NCBI GenBank assembly: GCA_949296965.1
Contig: CASFQL010000015.1
Span: 34,273-66,272 of the forward strand
Origin: an uncultured Christensenella sp.
GTDB lineage: Bacteria > Bacillota > Clostridia > Christensenellales > UBA1242
Length of the DNA: 32,000 nt
Direction: 5' to 3'
The stretch's first letter is position 1; each line of letters starts with the position of its first letter. A program made the position numbers and the translations under genes. Shown piece after piece: positions 28,114 to 32,000 of the stretch. The notes beneath the pieces were generated by a model that worked only from the letters and a program-made list of their open reading frames with translations, was not told the DNA's origin and did no database searches.

Positions 28114-28171
28114 AAGAACTCCTAGTTATCTTATTATACCAAATCTTAATAACTTTTATAATTCTATTAAA

Positions 28172-28200
28172 TAAAAAAACACCTAATTATTTGCTAGGTG
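28172..28200 (-). terminator. Terminator after the minus-strand tRNA cluster
   Basis: Stem caccta (28180-28185) / taggtg (28195-28200) with a 9-nt loop. On the minus strand it is followed by a T-run (the A-run at 28173-28179 on plus). Confidence 0.5.
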
Positions 28201-28235
28201 TCATTTGCATTGTTAGACAAAATAGTTCAGTGATG

Positions 28236-28318
28236 TGGTGCGGATGAGAGGGCTCGAACCCCCACGGTCTCCCATTAGATCCTAAGTCTAACGCGTCTAC
28301 CAATTCCGCCACATCCGC
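28236..28318 (-). tRNA. tRNA-Leu (anticodon TAG)
   Basis: 83 nt, type II with a long variable arm. Acceptor gcggatg/catccgc, anticodon loop ctTAGga, encoded CCA. Confidence 0.85.
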
Positions 28319-28323
28319 ACATA

Positions 28324-28399
28324 TGGTGATCCACCCGAGGTTCGAACTCGGGACCCCTTGATTAAAAGTCAAGTGCTCTACCGACTGAGCTAGTGAATC
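28324..28399 (-). tRNA. tRNA-Lys (anticodon TTT)
   Basis: 76 nt. Acceptor gattcac/gtggatc (one G-U pair), anticodon loop ctTTTaa, T arm ccgag-ttcgaac-ctcgg, encoded CCA. Confidence 0.85.
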
Positions 28400-28405
28400 A
28401 TACCT

Positions 28406-28480
28406 TGGCTGGGGTGGCAGGATTTGAACCTACGGATGCAAGAGTCAAAGTCTTGTGCCTTACCACTTGGCTACACCCCA
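28406..28480 (-). tRNA. tRNA-Gln (anticodon TTG)
   Basis: 75 nt. U1-A72 acceptor tggggtg/cacccca, anticodon loop ctTTGac, encoded CCA. Confidence 0.85.
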
Positions 28481-28610
28481 CTATATTGTCTAACGACTTT
28501 GTAAGTATATACTTATTTATTAAAATAATCAAGTCTTTTTTTTAAAAAATTTTAAAAATTTTTAGAATTATTTTATAATAGAAAATAAAAACCAAAATAT
28601 TTGTTTTATT

Positions 28611-28890
28611 GTTATAATTTATATTTTAGGAAGTTAAGGTAAAAAGGAAAATTTATTTTCATTTTTACTTAACGACGACAAATCAAAATTATGTGTCAAA
28701 AATATTAATTTTTGATTTAAAATTTAACTTACTTAAATTTTTAAAGGTTGTGATTTTATAAAAAATCACAACAACACATAATTCATATTGTATACTGTAA
28801 AAATCTATACTAAATTCTTACTATAAAATTTTGACAACTTTATTTAAAAACATTTGCTTTTTGCACACAATTTTGATTTATTATCGTCAC
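28611..28890. repeat. Third locus of the structured repeat family, in a gene-free inverted configuration
   Basis: Unit (+) at 28622-28717 with the same 41-nt hairpin (28633-28673). The spacer is homologous to 19713-19785 and has a perfect 11-bp hairpin (28747-28771). It is followed by an inverted tail and a partial inverted unit (28795-28888) homologous to 20969-21065. Confidence 0.75.
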
Positions 28891-28967
28891 ACAAGTATAA
28901 AATTAAACTTTTTTGCTATGGCTTAGTAAAATATAAAAATAGTAATAGAACAATTATAAAACAATGT

Positions 28968-29043
28968 TGGCTGGGGTGGTAGGGTTCGAACCTACGAAAT
29001 GTTGGAGTCAGAGTCCAATGCCTTACCACTTGGCGACACCCCA
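28968..29043 (-). tRNA. tRNA-Gln (anticodon CTG)
   Basis: 76 nt, a near-duplicate of the TTG isoacceptor. Anticodon loop ctCTGac, one extra nucleotide in the variable region, encoded CCA. Confidence 0.8.
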
Positions 29044-29458
29044 ATAATGATTTGATAAAATTAAAAAATGTTTAAAATTATAAAATTAGATAATAAAGAA
29101 CATAAAAATATAACTTTAAAAATTCTTATGCTATATTATCTATCATTTTAGTAAAAAAATCAATAATTTTTTATAATGTTTATTCTATTTTATATTACAA
29201 AAATTTATCTCTTAACTTAATAAAGTTATCAATAAAATAAAAAGTTATTTTAAATTAATGAAACTTTAATTTTTATTGTTTTGAAATACTAATTAATCTT
29301 ACAAAATCAAAAAAACTAAATTTATTCTAATTATTAATTAATAAATATAAATGACAAGCAAAATAATTAATAAAGTATAAAAGGAATAAAAGTAAAAATT
29401 TAACAATAAGAAAACATAAATAATTAATAAATAAAGCATAAAAATTTTTATAAAAAAG

Positions 29459-29487
29459 TTGACAATTAAATGATTGTATGCTAAATT
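29459..29487 (+). promoter_or_regulatory. Putative sigma-A promoter of the Gly-Arg-His tRNA operon
   Basis: TTGACA (29459-29464), a 17-nt spacer, then an extended -10 TGcTAAATT (29482-29487). The first tRNA starts at 29505. Confidence 0.4.
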
Positions 29488-29504
29488 TATCAAGTATTGG
29501 ATAT

Positions 29505-29578
29505 GCGGGTGTAGCTCAGTGGTAGAGTTCCAGCCTTCCAAGCTGGCTGCGAGGGTCCGATTCCCTTCACCCGCTCCA
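29505..29578 (+). tRNA. tRNA-Gly (anticodon TCC)
   Basis: 74 nt. Acceptor gcgggtg/cacccgc, anticodon loop ctTCCaa, encoded CCA. The T loop reads tccgatt, giving C at the usually invariant U55. Confidence 0.8.
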
Positions 29579-29583
29579 AATAT

Positions 29584-29660
29584 GTTTCAGTAGCTCAGTT
29601 GGATAGAGCACCGCCCTTCTAAGGCGGGTGTCGGGGGTTCGAATCCCTCCTGGAACACCA
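29584..29660 (+). tRNA. tRNA-Arg (anticodon TCT)
   Basis: 77 nt. Acceptor gtttcag/ctggaac, anticodon stem ccgcc/ggcgg, anticodon loop ctTCTaa, T loop ttcgaat, encoded CCA. Confidence 0.85.
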
Positions 29661-29671
29661 TTTTTTTATTT

Positions 29672-29749
<78 letters not shown>

Positions 29750-29761
29750 CAAAAAAATTTT

Positions 29762-29787
29762 AGACCTTAACTAAGGTCTTTTTTTTA
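29762..29787 (+). terminator. Rho-independent terminator after the tRNA operon
   Basis: Stem agacctta / taaggtct with a 2-nt loop, followed by eight T. Confidence 0.65.
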
Positions 29788-29837
29788 TGAATAAAACTCC
29801 TTTTTTTATGTAAACTAGAAATAAAGGAGGTTCTATT

Positions 29838-30056
29838 ATGAGAGTTGCAAATACAATTGCTTGGATTATACTAATTATAGGTGGTTTAAATTGGCTATTA
29901 GTTGGCTTATTTTCATGGAATTTAGTAGAAGCAATATTTGGGACTGTCCCTGTCCTAGTTTCAATTGTTTATAGTTTGGTAGGACTAAGCGCACTATGGC
30001 TTATATTTTCGCCAATTTATGGACAAGGGAAAATTTCTCTTTGGAATAGAGATTAA
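29838..30056 (+). CDS. DUF378 small membrane protein
   Basis: 72 aa with two TM helices. 'IAWIILIIGGLNWLLVGLFSWNLVEAIFG' is the DUF378 signature. A strong RBS (aaaggagg) precedes the start. Confidence 0.75.
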   Translation: MRVANTIAWIILIIGGLNWLLVGLFSWNLVEAIFGTVPVLVSIVYSLVGLSALWLIFSPIYGQGKISLWNRD

Positions 30057-30158
30057 TAATAAAAAGACACATTTTAAATTTGAAAAAACTTAAAGTTAAT
30101 CAAATATAATGTGTCTTTTTTATTTAAGATGGGTTAAATGAAAATTTAGAAAAAAAAC

Positions 30159-31640
30159 TTACAAAAGAATACAAATAATTCCGCCTTTGCCCTCGTTGAC
30201 AATTCTTGTTAAAGTTTTTCTCATTTTCTTTTGTGCCTCAGGTGGCATTTGAACTATTTTCTTATTAAGACCTTCATTAACTAAACTATGTAGGCTCTTA
30301 CCAAACATATTTGTTTCCCATAGTCCCTTTGGATTGCTTTCAAACTCTTTTAATAAAGACTTAACAATATCTTCACTTTGTTGTTCAGAACCAACAACAG
30401 GGCAAATCTCAGTTTGGACATCGACTTTAACAATATGAAGACTTGGAGCACTTGCTTTAAGTCTAACACCATATCTACCACCTTGTTTAACAATTTCAGG
30501 TTCTTCCAAACTCATTTCTTCCATCTTAGGACTTACAACACCGTAACCGTCTTGTTCTGCCTGAATAAGGGCATCTTTAATTTTATCATACTCAGTCTTA
30601 GCATATGCTAGTTCTTTAATGTAACTTACAAGTTGATAATCACCTTTAATTTCCTGCCCGCACTGATTAGATAAAACTTTATAGAATAGATCTGCTTTTG
30701 GATTGATTTCTATATAAGCAATACCTTCGCCCATATTAATATTTTCTATGGAGATTTCTTCAAAATTAGAACTTTGAGTAAAAATACTTTGAGTTGTATC
30801 AATATGACCAATTTTAGTTACATTATCAACTAATTGTCTGCTTTCAAAAACAATTTCTTGGATAAGTTCATCTTCAAAAGGAAGCGACTGTAGCCATCTA
30901 GGCATTTTTACTCTTAAAGAATAAAGTGGGAACTCTTGCAAAATTGCACTAAAAATTTCATCTATATTTTTTTCATTAAGATTTAATGCATCAATAGCAA
31001 GAACAGGAATTTCATACTTTTCTTTTAATGTATCTACAAGTGTGGCAGTTTCCTTGCTATATGGTTGAGAAGAATTAACAAGTAAAACAAAAGGTTTTTG
31101 AACCTGTTTTAATTGATTAATAGTCCTTGCCTCTGCTTCAACAAAATTACTCCTTTCAAGTTCACCAAAACTACCATCGCTGGTTAAGACAACAGCAATA
31201 GTTGAGTGGTCAGTTATTACCTTTTTAGTTCCAATCTCCGCTGCTTCTTCAAATGGCAAAGGTTCATCACTCCAAGGAGTTTTGATAAGTCTTGGTTTAT
31301 CGTTCTCCGTTAAGCCCTCTGCCCCCTTTACTGTGTATCCTACACAATCTACCAATCTAATTTTAAGACTTATGCTATCGTTATTAACTTTAATTTGGAC
31401 GGCTTCTTTTGGCACAAATCTTGGTTGAGTGGTCATAATTGTTTTTCCATCTGCACTCTGAGGAAGTTCATCAATAGTTCTAGTTTTGTCAAAATCATTT
31501 TTAATGTTAGGCAAAACCATTTTCTTAACAAAATTTGTTATAAAAGTAGATTTACCACATCTAACAGGCCCGACTACTCCAAGATAAATATCTCCACCTG
31601 TTCTCTGTGATATATCTTCATAAATCTTATACGAATCCAT
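30159..31640 (-). CDS. spoIVA: Stage IV sporulation protein A (spore coat morphogenetic ATPase)
   Basis: 493 aa, collinear with B. subtilis SpoIVA. Matches include 'ISQRTGGDIYLGVVGPVRCGKSTFI', 'DELPQSADGKTIMTTQPRFVP', 'IRLVDCVGY', 'AKTEYD', and the C-terminal 'INEGKGGIICILL'. Confidence 0.95.
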   Translation of the reverse strand: MDSYKIYEDISQRTGGDIYLGVVGPVRCGKSTFITNFVKKMVLPNIKNDFDKTRTIDELPQSADGKTIMTTQPRFVPKEAVQIKVNNDSISLKIRLVDCVGYTVKGAEGLTENDKPRLIKTPWSDEPLPFEEAAEIGTKKVITDHSTIAVVLTSDGSFGELERSNFVEAEARTINQLKQVQKPFVLLVNSSQPYSKETATLVDTLKEKYEIPVLAIDALNLNEKNIDEIFSAILQEFPLYSLRVKMPRWLQSLPFEDELIQEIVFESRQLVDNVTKIGHIDTTQSIFTQSSNFEEISIENINMGEGIAYIEINPKADLFYKVLSNQCGQEIKGDYQLVSYIKELAYAKTEYDKIKDALIQAEQDGYGVVSPKMEEMSLEEPEIVKQGGRYGVRLKASAPSLHIVKVDVQTEICPVVGSEQQSEDIVKSLLKEFESNPKGLWETNMFGKSLHSLVNEGLNKKIVQMPPEAQKKMRKTLTRIVNEGKGGIICILL

Positions 31641-31679
31641 ATATTTCCTCCGAAAATTCGTTATACCAAAATATATGCC

Positions 31680-31708
31680 TTATAAAATAATGTTATGCAT
31701 TTTTTGTC
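31680..31708 (-). promoter_or_regulatory. Possible sigma-E-type promoter of spoIVA
   Basis: On the minus strand the sequence reads GCATAAC, a 14-nt spacer, then CATATATT. This loosely resembles the mother-cell sigma-E pattern (xCATAxx ... CATACAxT). It is a weak call in AT-rich DNA. Confidence 0.2.
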
Positions 31709-31732
31709 AAAAAAAATAGGTCAAGTTAATTC

Positions 31733-32000
31733 TTAACCTATTTCTTTTTGTTTTAGTTCTTCTTTTTGAACTTTTGATACTTTTTTCTTTTCTTTTATTT
31801 TTAATTTTTGAATAAAATTTATCCTGTTTTCTTTTCCCGTAAGTAGTCTAAAAATATTTTGTCTGTGAGCAAATAAAACAAGACAAAAGATAGCAAATAG
31901 CAAACAACTTATAACAATGTTACCGCTACCATTAACTATACCAAGATAATATGCCTCAAAAATTGTAAAAATAGTAATCATTACAAAAGATAATAAAGAG
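31733..32000 (-). CDS. plsY: Glycerol-3-phosphate acyltransferase PlsY, C-terminal part (5' end outside window)
   Basis: 'LFAHRQNIFRLLTGKENRI' is the conserved PlsY C-terminal motif. The reading frame stays open to the window edge. It ends in a Lys-rich tail of roughly 25 aa after the motif. Confidence 0.7.
   Translation of the reverse strand, partial: SLLSFVMITIFTIFEAYYLGIVNGSGNIVISCLLFAIFCLVLFAHRQNIFRLLTGKENRINFIQKLKIKEKKKVSKVQKEELKQKEIG

Noticed and set aside
28116-28127. GAACTCCTAGTT as a LexA box for the Y-family polymerase
   Set aside because: The right half (AGTT) is a poor match to GTTC. The sequence is the reverse complement of the gene's own AGGAG ribosome-binding site, so the resemblance is coincidental.
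28187-28372. 61-aa ORF on the minus strand
   Set aside because: It lies entirely over the tRNA-Leu and tRNA-Lys genes, and its relatively GC-rich codons simply reflect tRNA sequence. It is a spurious ORF.
29338-29541. 67-aa ORF on the minus strand
   Set aside because: Its 5' end overlaps tRNA-Gly and the putative tRNA promoter. The rest is low-complexity translation of AT-rich spacer (I/L/Y/F runs). It is a spurious ORF.

Overview
Very AT-rich window that uses the standard genetic code (TGG Trp; TGA as stop at the metG/tmk ATGA overlap). It comes from an endospore-forming Firmicute, since it carries SpoIVA and a YlbJ-like protein. Most of it is ordinary housekeeping: rnhA, serS, lexA, glyQS, ackA, pta, dCMP deaminase, tmk, a MetRS homologue, rpmB, murI, mntP, a plsY fragment and eight tRNA genes in three clusters. 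Accessory-looking content is a membrane-anchored PadR-type regulator with an ABC exporter, a DUF45/M48-like hydrolase, a tyrosine recombinase beside lexA, a patatin-like lipase and a Y-family polymerase/YolD pair. No canonical defence system, CRISPR array, transposase or prophage is visible. Two things stand out most. (1) A structured repeat family of ~95-bp units has a near-invariant 41-nt hairpin core. It forms ~320-bp inverted arms around a single SDR gene (19621-21280) and recurs without a gene inside a tRNA operon (28611-28890). (2) An uncharacterised 301-aa protein follows serS. It has nucleotidyltransferase-like motifs (non-canonical GD...ELE) and lies next to a ~45-bp tandem repeat array in a 590-bp ORF-free gap. 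All calls rest on reading motifs by eye, and no database search was possible.
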